64,000 bases of DNA from Minisyncoccota bacterium (lineage in GTDB: Bacteria > Patescibacteriota > Minisyncoccia > Phycocordibacterales > UBA9973), in assembly GCA_041661005.1 (NCBI GenBank), contig JBAZVG010000001.1:543515-607514 (forward strand), written 5' to 3'. Made by a program: the position numbers and the translations under genes. The first letter of the stretch is position 1. Each line of letters starts with the position of its first letter. The notes under the pieces were generated by a model, which saw only the letters and a list, made by a program, of their open reading frames with translations, did no database searches and was not told the origin of the DNA. Below are positions 46,523 to 55,203 of the stretch, one piece after another.

Positions 46523-47200
46523 TCAATAGTATGTTTGTTGTTGCTTGTAGTTAATTTTTAAAGCCTTCTCTATCTTTAACCTCTTGCGCGACAGACACAT
46601 GACTTTTTTATCATAGTACATTCTTTTAATAATTTCCAGCGCTTCCTTTTTCGCATATTTAAGTTGAAAAGTGCTCCCTTTACCATCTTTAGTTATGTGA
46701 CCATAAATATTTAATCTACACTTGAGTTCTTCTCTTAACCAATCAATGTGTTTTTTGCTGGCAGAAATAAATTCTAAGTAAAACATAAAACTAGATCTCC
46801 ATCTTTTGTCCCAATAGGAATAGAAAGTTCCGTCTCCGTCAAAACACCCTCTTAGAAAATCAAAGAAATATTTAGGTGGCATTAAAACTTTACCAATTGT
46901 TTTAGACTTTTTAGCATACAATCCTATCGACTCTAAAAATCTATATAAAAGCACATCACCAAATTGTACTTTGTGTGATAAATTACCATCATAACCAGAA
47001 ATCGCCTTACCTATTTTAACATCAAGATTAAAACACTTCATGAAGTTATTAATCTGCTCAATTTCTTTAGAAACAAAAGCTATATGGCGATTATCGGGTG
47101 AAAGATTCCCATCCGTAGTTAAAAGTCCAATTGCATACGCAAAATTTTCTGACCATTTTATTTTTACTTTACCTTTTGGCTTTGGTCCCCTCTTCCCCAT
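46523..47200 (-). mobile_element. LAGLIDADG homing endonuclease (double-motif), free-standing
   Basis: 225 aa with two dodecapeptide motifs: FAYAIGLLTTDGNL and FLRGCFDGDGTF. Sits 9 nt upstream of the tRNA-Leu-like gene. The 12-mer TACCTTGAGGTG from the tRNA anticodon arm is repeated just upstream of its start codon (47215-47226), next to an extended -10 TGATATAAT. Confidence 0.8.
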
Positions 47201-47282
47201 TTGTATATTATATCACCTCAAGGTAATAGCGTCTACCAATTATTAGATAAACAAAAAACCACTTTCGTGGGATTATGTTTAT

Positions 47283-47756
47283 TTATTCTGCAACCTTAAC
47301 TTCTTCGGCTGGAGCTTCTTCCTCAACATCTACCTGATTAGTGATAGAACGCATTTTACTGCGAACATCTTTCACCGCCTTGGTGCGGATATAATAAAGC
47401 TTTGATCTGCGAGCGCGAGATCTTTTAGTTATTTCAATTTTATCTATCATCGGAGAATAAAGTGGAAAAATTCTCTCGACTCCGACGCCGGAAGCTACTT
47501 TTCTTACCGTAAAAGTTGCGCCTATTTCTGTCCCATGTTTCCTCCCAAGCACGATACCTTCAAAAGCCTGAAGTCTAAATTTGCCAGCTTCGCCCTTTTT
47601 AGCGTCTCCTTTTTTCTTTTCACCCTTTTTTTCAGTTTTTTCCTCTAAAATCTTGGACCAAATGTTTACAGTATCTCCAGCCTTAAAACTAAGGCTCTTG
47701 CGAGCTTCCATATCCACTGGGCTAAATTTAATATTGGTAACTTTATTTCCTGTCAT
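47283..47756 (-). CDS. rplS: 50S ribosomal protein L19 (with Lys-rich internal insertion and acidic C-terminal tail)
   Basis: 157 aa with ...GKFRLQAFEGIVLGRKHGTEIGATFTVRKVASGVGVERIFPLYSPMIDKIEI..., matching the L19 core. Confidence 0.85.
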   Translation of the reverse strand: MTGNKVTNIKFSPVDMEARKSLSFKAGDTVNIWSKILEEKTEKKGEKKKGDAKKGEAGKFRLQAFEGIVLGRKHGTEIGATFTVRKVASGVGVERIFPLYSPMIDKIEITKRSRARRSKLYYIRTKAVKDVRSKMRSITNQVDVEEEAPAEEVKVAE

Positions 47757-47812
47757 AGTAGAAGCACTTTAGCATAAAAGATTTTACAAATCAAATGCAT
47801 ACGCTGTGTGCT

Positions 47813-49516
47813 TTAGATAAATTCCTGCTGATAGCATTTCTCACAATAAATTATTTCTGGTCTTTCCGGCGCGTAAGAAGTCCTTATCATCTTGTCGCAT
47901 TTTGCGCATGTACGATTGTAGAGTTTCGGCATCTGCAGTTTATCAAAACGAGATTTCTCTCTACATTTCAAACACCGATCAGGAAGAGGTATATTCATTT
48001 TTCTTAGAAGATCAAACTCTAAACCGGCAATCTTATATCTCCTGTCGCAAGTAGTGCAAGAAATAACTTCCTTTAACATCGATTCATCCACTTCGCTTAT
48101 AGTTTCAGGTAAGTCATTGCCAGAAATAGTTGCTTTGCTTTGTTGTTCTACCTCATCATTCCAAAAATATCCGTCTCTTAATGCTTCCTCTTTTGTCTTT
48201 GGACAAAATTTATAAGCCGTAGAATTATTATAAGCAAATTTACCAAAAACTATTTGAGGAAATTCTCCATATGTCCATATTCTACCTTTTTCATCAACAT
48301 ATGGATTTATTTTCATATCTTCAATTATTTTTTCACGTAAAATTTCATACTCTTCCTTTGAATATTCCTTGTTTAGGATGCAATGTTTTTTTCTCTTTAA
48401 ACTCACACAACCGAAATCATTTTTACCAGATCTATTCCAAAGACAGTACTCAACATCTACAACATCTTCGACGCAATATGCAGAGAATTTAACGTTACTG
48501 ACATTTTCACCAACTGTAACAGATTCATAAATAAGTTCAGCATTATTACCCCAACCCGAATAATCCATACAATCTTTTATTGGAGAGACAGTAATAAACT
48601 GGCACCATTTACTATTTTCTGCTTTACTTGCAATATAAATTTCTTTAGAATTTTTAGAATTAAATAAATATTCTCCAGTAACATTTAAATTTAAAGTGTT
48701 GCCTGTATAAAACCTGTAAGGATGTTTTTGCCAAAATTTTTCGGCTTCTTTTTGAACTTTTTTAATTCCAGAACGCGTGTCTAACTTAAATTCTTTTAAT
48801 TTTTCAAAATATTCTTCTTTAGAATACTGAACATTAAAGATCTGGTAGGATGCGCCCCGTAAATTTACACAACCAACACAATACATAGAACTATAGCAAT
48901 TTCTAGAAAACCAAACATCTGTACAGGCGTCGCATTCTTTGGAATAAAAAACGCGATAAGAATCATTCTGACCTATAGATTCGTAACACAATTCTGATTT
49001 AAATATTCTAAATGAATCAGCTGTATCTTTGGCATTATTTAAGAAGGAAGAAAAGTAAACATTTTCACAATAATCAGCCCAGATGGCAAGGGTGCAATTT
49101 TTAGAAAAACCGATAGAATTACTGTAGTCACAATTTTTCAAATTTAAATAACCCGATTCTAATGACGGAAAAGGAACTTTTTCTGAAAGTTGTTTTAATT
49201 GTTCTAAAAAAGAACGGCTAGAATCATAATCCATACCATACTCTGTTCCATCCCAAGAATCTTCCCACCAACATGGCTGGCAATATACCGTAATTTTTTG
49301 TTCTGGTGGATACATTGAAAGAGCACGCTTGCCACACTTGTCGCAATCACGATAAAAAAGATACCAGCCATTGTGACAAGACATGCGTCTGATCATTCGA
49401 CACTCCGGACACCAAGTCGGCGCTGGAACTTTTATTTTCTCGTAAAAATTAAAGTCTTCGGATTCTATTGTGAAATCTTTTTTGCAATTCTGGCATATTT
49501 TATCTTCTGCTTCCAT
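47813..49516 (-). CDS. Hypothetical large multi-zinc-ribbon (Cys-rich) protein
   Basis: 567 aa with at least ten CxxC pairs clustered at both termini (CQNCKK...CPEC; CDKCGK; CTTCDRR...CLKCREK...CAKCDK...CEKC), internal repeats, and no TM. Confidence 0.5.
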   Translation of the reverse strand: MEAEDKICQNCKKDFTIESEDFNFYEKIKVPAPTWCPECRMIRRMSCHNGWYLFYRDCDKCGKRALSMYPPEQKITVYCQPCWWEDSWDGTEYGMDYDSSRSFLEQLKQLSEKVPFPSLESGYLNLKNCDYSNSIGFSKNCTLAIWADYCENVYFSSFLNNAKDTADSFRIFKSELCYESIGQNDSYRVFYSKECDACTDVWFSRNCYSSMYCVGCVNLRGASYQIFNVQYSKEEYFEKLKEFKLDTRSGIKKVQKEAEKFWQKHPYRFYTGNTLNLNVTGEYLFNSKNSKEIYIASKAENSKWCQFITVSPIKDCMDYSGWGNNAELIYESVTVGENVSNVKFSAYCVEDVVDVEYCLWNRSGKNDFGCVSLKRKKHCILNKEYSKEEYEILREKIIEDMKINPYVDEKGRIWTYGEFPQIVFGKFAYNNSTAYKFCPKTKEEALRDGYFWNDEVEQQSKATISGNDLPETISEVDESMLKEVISCTTCDRRYKIAGLEFDLLRKMNIPLPDRCLKCREKSRFDKLQMPKLYNRTCAKCDKMIRTSYAPERPEIIYCEKCYQQEFI

Positions 49517-49520
49517 AAGT

Positions 49521-50321
49521 TTATTTTATCACCTTTCCGAACTCTTTAGGCACTGTTGATTCAACTTTTACAGTCTTGCCCTTTAAATTTTCAAATTCAA
49601 TAGATTTTGCATGAAGTGCCATGCGAGAAATGCCTTTCGGGCAAAAACCGTCTGGATTATAAAGCAAATCACAAACCACTGGATGATTCAAGAATTTCAT
49701 GTGCACACGGATCTGATGCGTTCGGCCGGTTTTAGGCTTAACTTCAAGATAAGTAAAAGGCAATTGATCTAGCACATCAAAATTTTTCCTCCTGCGCCCT
49801 TCCCCGAGTACGGGGCGGGACCCTCGGAGATAAAAATTTTGATACGCTTTCGCTTTGAATCGCTTTAAAACTTTGTATTCAGTAATTGCTTCACGCATTT
49901 CTCCTCTTGCTCCTCTGCCAGCCAAATGACGACGGAAATCTTTTGGACTCCTACCAATTGGTTTATTTATAATTCCTCTATCATTTTTTACCCAACCAGA
50001 AACTATTGTGTAATAAGTTTTTTTTATTGTTCTATCTTGAAATTGTTTTTTGAGAAATTCATGCGCTTTTTTATTTTTTGCTAAAAGCATAACACCGGAA
50101 GTGTCACGATCTAAACGGTGTACAACTTCGAGTTTGGGATATTTTTTCAAAAAAATACTAAGAATTGTACTTTTGTCCGAGCCTGCCCCGTGCCGAACTC
50201 TTTGTCCCGTAGTGAGCTTTGCTCTACTACTGGGATGTTCTGGTGCAGGGTGCACCAAAATACCCGACGGTTTATCGATGGCTAGAATATTTGTATCTTC
50301 GTATAAAACTTTTATTTTCAT
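49521..50321 (-). CDS. RluA-family pseudouridine synthase
   Basis: 266 aa with the catalytic motif HRLDRDTSGVML and ...THQIRVH... Confidence 0.8.
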   Translation of the reverse strand: MKIKVLYEDTNILAIDKPSGILVHPAPEHPSSRAKLTTGQRVRHGAGSDKSTILSIFLKKYPKLEVVHRLDRDTSGVMLLAKNKKAHEFLKKQFQDRTIKKTYYTIVSGWVKNDRGIINKPIGRSPKDFRRHLAGRGARGEMREAITEYKVLKRFKAKAYQNFYLRGSRPVLGEGRRRKNFDVLDQLPFTYLEVKPKTGRTHQIRVHMKFLNHPVVCDLLYNPDGFCPKGISRMALHAKSIEFENLKGKTVKVESTVPKEFGKVIK

Positions 50322-50432
50322 AAATTGATATTTTTGTTGATTCTATCATATCATTTTTATTTTTTTGAACAGATATGAATCAAAACACTCTGCTGGCTTT
50401 CACCTGCAGAGTGCGCGATTGAAATGTCCCCA

Positions 50433-51152
50433 TCACCTTGGGACAGACCGATAAAACACGTTCGGTGATGAGTAACTGTCGCGAAACGTATTTGTGAAAC
50501 CGGACCGCACCCGCCAATCAATGATGGGCACCCAGTCGACGAGATTGGTTGACCTCTCTAAGCCAGCCAAGACCCCCTCCGTATCTACTGGAGGTTGTCC
50601 GACTGACCAAGATAGATTCGGAATTCCTGCTTCGTCAACAGGCATTCCTAAGTCCTGAAAACTGACAGGTTTAAGATCTGTATCCTTCTCAAAGAGAAGC
50701 GCAAGAGCAACTCGCCCTGTCTCATTGAGAGTCGCATACACGACCGGGGAAATGATTGCAACTGCCTGAGTCTGGGTCTGAGCCATAATAGGAGTAAAAC
50801 TCGTCGACCTCAAACCCTGACCTGAACTTGAAGAAGAAACAATCGAAACCGCCGGTGGTAAATTACTCTCATCCACCCACTCAAACCAGATGCGCTGATC
50901 TTGCCAACTTGCCGAAGTGATATTTGTGACACCACCACCCGGAATAAAAATCCGGACTTCGTTTGTTTCCTGTCCAACTGGTGGCGGACGGTTCAACCGT
51001 TGGGCAAGTTTGTAAATGTTGTAGGCGACATAGCCGCCTCCAACAATGACTAGCGTTGCCACAGCAAACGCCATGAGAACACTGAGAGCGGATGCTTGTT
51101 TTGTCAGCACCATAATCAGCATGCCGACAATGCTCGGGCTCTTGGTTTTCAT
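50433..51152 (-). CDS. Hypothetical membrane-anchored protein (island gene 2)
   Basis: Start at internal MKTKSPSIVGMLIMVLTKQ... giving an ATGA overlap (translational coupling) with the upstream 77-aa ORF. N-terminal TM then a Ser/Thr/Pro-rich extracytoplasmic domain. GC-rich codons. Confidence 0.45.
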   Translation of the reverse strand: MKTKSPSIVGMLIMVLTKQASALSVLMAFAVATLVIVGGGYVAYNIYKLAQRLNRPPPVGQETNEVRIFIPGGGVTNITSASWQDQRIWFEWVDESNLPPAVSIVSSSSSGQGLRSTSFTPIMAQTQTQAVAIISPVVYATLNETGRVALALLFEKDTDLKPVSFQDLGMPVDEAGIPNLSWSVGQPPVDTEGVLAGLERSTNLVDWVPIIDWRVRSGFTNTFRDSYSSPNVFYRSVPR

Positions 51153-51382
51153 GGCAACAGCCCTCCCGATTTGATGTCGTTCAGGATGTAATAAACCAAC
51201 CACACAATCCCCGAGACTAAAACCAGCGTCCCGAGAACGTACTGCACCGGTCGTGACAACCACCGGTTTGTAAACCTGGACTCCGCCTCGCAGAGTCTTG
51301 TGAATATCGTCATAAGACTTCTCCAGCTTTGTCTTTGTCCGTCATCGTAGTTGATGAAGTTAACAAAGATCAATTTTTCCAT
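51149..51382 (-). CDS. Hypothetical small membrane protein (island gene 1)
   Basis: 77 aa with a C-terminal TM (YVLGTLVLVSGIVWLVYYIL). Its stop overlaps the start of the downstream gene. Confidence 0.4.
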   Translation of the reverse strand: MEKLIFVNFINYDDGQRQSWRSLMTIFTRLCEAESRFTNRWLSRPVQYVLGTLVLVSGIVWLVYYILNDIKSGGLLP

Positions 51383-51610
51383 TTTAGAATACTACTTGGT
51401 CGTCAATTTGTCAAATAATCTAAGACACTCTTGATCATGATATTTCTTGATTTTGTATCTGTATTATGACAAGCTCTTAAACGGAATCCCAAAACAGTTT
51501 GTCCATTTTTAGACGAGAAGCACAGTATTAGGTTGTCATCTAAAAAAACAAATGCGCATGAGCGCGATCAATGAGATTTTGTTTTGGGATAGTTTACGGG
51601 AGAAAATCGT

Positions 51611-52168
51611 ATGGAAACCTACACGTTTGGGTTTGGTAGTGATAGGAAACCAGCCTTGGTACCTGGTTTCAAAGTCGACACCTGTGGACAAGTCTTCAAA
51701 GAAGAAAAGGTGGTCGGGTTGGGCGCTGAAGGATCACACCACTACTGGGAAGTACCTTTAAAGATCTACAGGGATAAATACCCTAAAACAGTCGTAACCA
51801 ACCAGATTGAAGCTATTTTTCATGCCCATCCCATCAGAGAAGGACACAATCCCAAATTCTATCTTGTCTATGCAGGCCCTGAACGTCCGTCCGACAGGGT
51901 CCTGATACGAGTTAGAACAATGGCAGGAGACGATGCAGGTTGTGAACCTGGCAGAATCATATTCTGCCACCCTGGGCGGGCATTCAAGATCGCTCATGGA
52001 CATTCGATTAGTTCTGATGGAATTCGGTCTGTGGACATGATCCTCGATGTGCACCCAATGACCTTCTTCATAGTTGTCGCTGGAAGCGATCAACTGCATC
52101 GTCGATTCAAGATAGCTTATTCCGGAGGATGTCCCCCGACTTTCACGGAAATCAAACCCCATCCATAA
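51611..52168 (+). CDS. Hypothetical protein (island gene 3)
   Basis: 185 aa with a GGGAG SD 10 nt upstream, followed by the plus-strand terminator CGGGAGAAATCCCACG-TCTTTTTTATTTT. An overlapping antisense ORF (51758-52225) is the less likely alternative. Confidence 0.45.
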   Translation: METYTFGFGSDRKPALVPGFKVDTCGQVFKEEKVVGLGAEGSHHYWEVPLKIYRDKYPKTVVTNQIEAIFHAHPIREGHNPKFYLVYAGPERPSDRVLIRVRTMAGDDAGCEPGRIIFCHPGRAFKIAHGHSISSDGIRSVDMILDVHPMTFFIVVAGSDQLHRRFKIAYSGGCPPTFTEIKPHP

Positions 52169-52298
52169 TGGGTGAATTAAGCATCGTTGGCTACAAGCCA
52201 AGTTAGCACCAATCAATCTCATCAAAGGCGCGGGAGAAATCCCACGTCTTTTTTATTTTCCAGTTTTCTGGCTTTTAAAAAGACGTTGATTTCTGTGT

Positions 52299-52373
52299 TG
52301 GTGCCCCCGGCAGGAATCGAACCTACATCAAGGCCTTAGAAGAGCCTTGTTCTATCCATTGAACTACGAGGGC
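52299..52373 (-). tRNA. tRNA-Arg(TCT)
   Basis: Minus strand reads GCCCTCG-UA-GUUC-AAUGGAUA-GAAC-A-AGGCU-CUUCUAA-GGCCU-UGAUG-UAGGU-UCGAUUC-CUGCC-GGGGGC-A-CCA. Canonical cloverleaf with anticodon UCU. Confidence 0.85.
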
Positions 52374-52399
52374 TACTTGCCCCGCCCTAGGCGTGGGGG

Positions 52400-52472
52400 T
52401 GCGCGGTGAGGGACTTGAACCCCCGACCTTCTCAGTGTAAATGAGTTGCTCTACCAACTGAGCTAACCGCGC
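52400..52472 (-). tRNA. tRNA-Val(TAC)
   Basis: Minus strand reads GCGCGGU-UA-GCUC-AGUUGGUA-GAGC-A-ACUCA-UUUACAC-UGAGA-AGGUC-GGGGG-UUCAAGU-CCCUC-ACCGCGC-A. Anticodon UAC. CCA not encoded. Confidence 0.85.
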
Positions 52473-52498
52473 ATAAACACCCTTTTAAATTAACATTT

Positions 52499-52813
52499 TT
52501 ACAGCGACGGGTCAATGACCGGCGCAGGAGAGTTCAATATTTTATCTGATTTTTGTTCTCGTCGAGAGAAATATTCCAACACTTTTTCAATCCTTTCTTT
52601 TTTTACTGTCTCAACTTCGGGGATAACATCGACGGTTGATAAAACGAGTTCTTTATTGGTTTGTGTAAAAAGATAATAACCAAAAAAAGAAGATAGCAGA
52701 ATAACCACAAATATGAAAAGAACAGCCAATTGCCAATAAAAATTAATGTTTAATAATAAATTTTCTTTCTTCTTCTTGAAACTTTTTTCTTTTTTGAGAA
52801 ATTTTATTTTCAT
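52499..52813 (-). CDS. Small membrane protein, last gene of the pilMNO cluster (PilP-like position)
   Basis: 104 aa with a single TM. Sits downstream of the pilO-like gene in the same operon. Confidence 0.4.
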   Translation of the reverse strand: MKIKFLKKEKSFKKKKENLLLNINFYWQLAVLFIFVVILLSSFFGYYLFTQTNKELVLSTVDVIPEVETVKKERIEKVLEYFSRREQKSDKILNSPAPVIDPSL

Positions 52814-52828
52814 AACATTATTTGAAAT

Positions 52829-53374
52829 TTATTTTATAAAACTCAAAAGCCTTATCTTGAAAATCGCTTCCCATTCCGAAACTTGAATATTTTTACTCTT
52901 TGTGTCTGGAATGGTTTTCCTGTCAATGTCCATACCAATAAATTCAAGTTCATATGGAGAATTTTCTAAAAGCATCAAAAATTTATAGAGACTATAGAAG
53001 GTTCCAGAAGCTTTCATTCCAACCATGAGCCCGACATCGTCAGCTAAAATACTGACAGAAGTAACCTCAGCTTTGGCGTTCACCTTCTTTGCTAACCCTT
53101 CAATCGTATCCAAGAACGGCACAACATCGGAACTTTTAGCAAAATGGGTTTCTAACTGAGCTCTTTCCCCCTCGATCATTTCGATTGAACGATCGAGCGC
53201 CCTTATTCCATCCCGTCTGAGTGTTTCATTTTGCCATTTTTCTTCTTTGGTTTGCAATTCTCTGTTGTTGGTATTTACCGTCCAATATAAAAAAAAGAAT
53301 GCTAGAAGGGAAATACAAAAAAATGCTGTAAAAAAAAGTAATGGAGTTTTTGGAAAATTGCTTTGCATGTTCAT
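52829..53374 (-). CDS. pilO: Type IV pilus assembly protein PilO-like
   Basis: 181 aa with an N-terminal TM, a coiled-coil, then a ferredoxin-like periplasmic domain. Operon position after pilN. Confidence 0.55.
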   Translation of the reverse strand: MNMQSNFPKTPLLFFTAFFCISLLAFFFLYWTVNTNNRELQTKEEKWQNETLRRDGIRALDRSIEMIEGERAQLETHFAKSSDVVPFLDTIEGLAKKVNAKAEVTSVSILADDVGLMVGMKASGTFYSLYKFLMLLENSPYELEFIGMDIDRKTIPDTKSKNIQVSEWEAIFKIRLLSFIK

Positions 53375-53384
53375 GTTACATTTA

Positions 53385-53936
53385 CTACGGAATTAAACTC
53401 AAATAAAATTTAATATCGGATCCCTTTACAAAATTCGAGATCGGCAAATCGACCTGCTTAAAAATGGCCCCATCTTCGAGTGCTTGACGAAATGAAAGTA
53501 AAACTTCTCGAGAAGGCGCGTTACCTTGAATACCAACCTTTTTGTCGGTTTTTCCACTATTGGGCAGATCGCCTTCATAGGCAATGCTGGTAATTTCGAT
53601 ACCGGGTATTTTTTTAGAAATAATAGCATTTATTATTTTTTCAGATATAGTAAATTTGTTTTTTTCAGCATTTTCAATCAGATCAAGCTTGTAATTCAAG
53701 TCTTTGATCACTATAAGAGTTTTCTGGTCGATTGAAGGCACTGGCTCGCTTTTTTGTATCTCCAGTTTGCTATTTATGATGCTATTCTTCACAGAAGAAA
53801 GAAAGTAAGACGGTAGAATCGCGACAAAAGCAATAAAGACAGACACCCCGCCCACAGCCAAAAACAAAACAACAAGTTTATAATAAAAAACTCTGACCAT
53901 TTTTTTCTTTTCTTCTTTTGGAATTAAATTGATCAC
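53385..53936 (-). CDS. pilN: Type IV pilus assembly protein PilN-like
   Basis: 183 aa with the N-terminal INLIPKEEKKK...TM pattern typical of PilN. Confidence 0.6.
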   Translation of the reverse strand: MINLIPKEEKKKMVRVFYYKLVVLFLAVGGVSVFIAFVAILPSYFLSSVKNSIINSKLEIQKSEPVPSIDQKTLIVIKDLNYKLDLIENAEKNKFTISEKIINAIISKKIPGIEITSIAYEGDLPNSGKTDKKVGIQGNAPSREVLLSFRQALEDGAIFKQVDLPISNFVKGSDIKFYLSLIP

Positions 53937-53942
53937 AAAAAA

Positions 53943-55055
53943 TTAATTGTTATTATAATTCCTCAGGGCTAGTCCTAATGCGGTGGCAAACGAAAGCGCT
54001 TGTTTAAAATTCATGTCTGGAACATGATTTTCTGTATCAACTATATTGACCCAGACATTGGCCATCTCTACCGGACTTTTCATGCTAACAGAAAAGTAAT
54101 CAACAAGTCCTGTCAAATTAGAATCTCCGCCACAAAGAATTATTTTTTTAATCGGCATATTATTTTTTCCTTCCACGTCTTTGTGTGTATGCCAATATAA
54201 AAAGTGCTTCACTATCTCGTCACGCAGAATAGAAACGCTGTTCAAGAGAACAGAAAACAGTTCCTTGTTGGGAGCATTGCGCTCCAGCCCGTATTTGCGC
54301 TTCATTTTTTCCGCTTCGTCGAAATTTATTTTGAAATTTTTGGCAATCATGTCGGTGAGCATAACTCCACCCACGTCAAGCGTCGAGGTAAACATCACAA
54401 TGCCACGAGATACGATGAAGATACCTGTGCGTTTTTCTCCAAAATCCACGATCATGTAAGTATCTAAGTCTCCCTTTTTAACGACAGCTCGAGAAATCGC
54501 TTGCGCTTCGAGCTCAAACGACTGGACTAATATTTGAGAATTCCGAAATATAGCAAGATAATTTTCAATAACATTTCTTGATATAGTCGCGACTTGAAGC
54601 TCTATGCTTTGCATATCTTCGGAGATAATTTCATAGTCAAAGATAGCATCCTGAGCTGAGATTGGCACATGTTCTTCGAGAGCAAGCTCAATACTCTCTT
54701 TAATATTCACTAATCCATCCTTCTCCAATCGAAGTTTAAAAAGATACACTTGTTCTTCCGGCAGAGAAGCGCGCACAGATTTCAATCCGATCTCTTTTTT
54801 AAGCGAGATAAGAATTTCTTCTATCCGTTTTGGATTTTTAATCTTACCCGAATCAATGATCCCAGGAGGAATGGCGCGCTCCCCGTGCCGTCCGACTCTT
54901 ATACCATTTTTGGTGCTGACAAGCTCCATAAATTTTATTGATTCATCGCCGATATCTAACCCAAAAGAAGAATCTGAAAGAAAAGAAGGAACCGGAAAAA
55001 ATCTGCTGAAGAATGTGTCGAACAAATTGAAAGACATGCGCATATTATACAACAC
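53943..55055 (-). CDS. pilM: Type IV pilus assembly ATPase-fold protein PilM
   Basis: 370 aa actin-like fold (LGLDIGDESIKFMEL...IVDFGEKRTGIFIV...ILCGGDSNLTGL). Confidence 0.75.
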   Translation of the reverse strand: MLYNMRMSFNLFDTFFSRFFPVPSFLSDSSFGLDIGDESIKFMELVSTKNGIRVGRHGERAIPPGIIDSGKIKNPKRIEEILISLKKEIGLKSVRASLPEEQVYLFKLRLEKDGLVNIKESIELALEEHVPISAQDAIFDYEIISEDMQSIELQVATISRNVIENYLAIFRNSQILVQSFELEAQAISRAVVKKGDLDTYMIVDFGEKRTGIFIVSRGIVMFTSTLDVGGVMLTDMIAKNFKINFDEAEKMKRKYGLERNAPNKELFSVLLNSVSILRDEIVKHFLYWHTHKDVEGKNNMPIKKIILCGGDSNLTGLVDYFSVSMKSPVEMANVWVNIVDTENHVPDMNFKQALSFATALGLALRNYNNN

Positions 55056-55203
55056 ATCCCATCATCTCGCTATCATTTTCTCCTACTTTTGTGGATTAAA
55101 AAAAATGTTCTTGAAGAAGATGTCATTGACATAGAGAGGTAAATTTCATAATCTTGACTAGAATCAACAGCATCTTGAAACAATAGAACCAAGTAAAGAA
55201 ACT

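Larger units (their letters stand above)
50340..52298. other. Compositionally distinct (~50% GC vs ~37%) island abutting tRNA-Arg/tRNA-Val; candidate horizontally acquired DNA
   Basis: A sharp GC shift is visible by eye. Two divergent transcription units are each closed by their own terminators (50352-50395 minus, 52228-52262 plus). The tRNA pair is directly adjacent. All three ORFs are orphans. Confidence 0.55.

Noticed and set aside
46428-47240. tRNA-Leu interrupted by an intron encoding the LAGLIDADG enzyme
   Set aside because: The tRNA-like gene downstream has an intact anticodon stem and loop, and the endonuclease gene lies wholly outside it. Only a 12-nt anticodon-arm duplication is present upstream.
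51758-52225. 155-aa minus-strand ORF in the island
   Set aside because: It overlaps the 185-aa plus-strand ORF in antisense. The plus-strand ORF has an SD and a terminator immediately downstream, whereas the minus-strand ORF begins with TTG and has no terminator. The plus-strand ORF was kept, and the choice remains uncertain.
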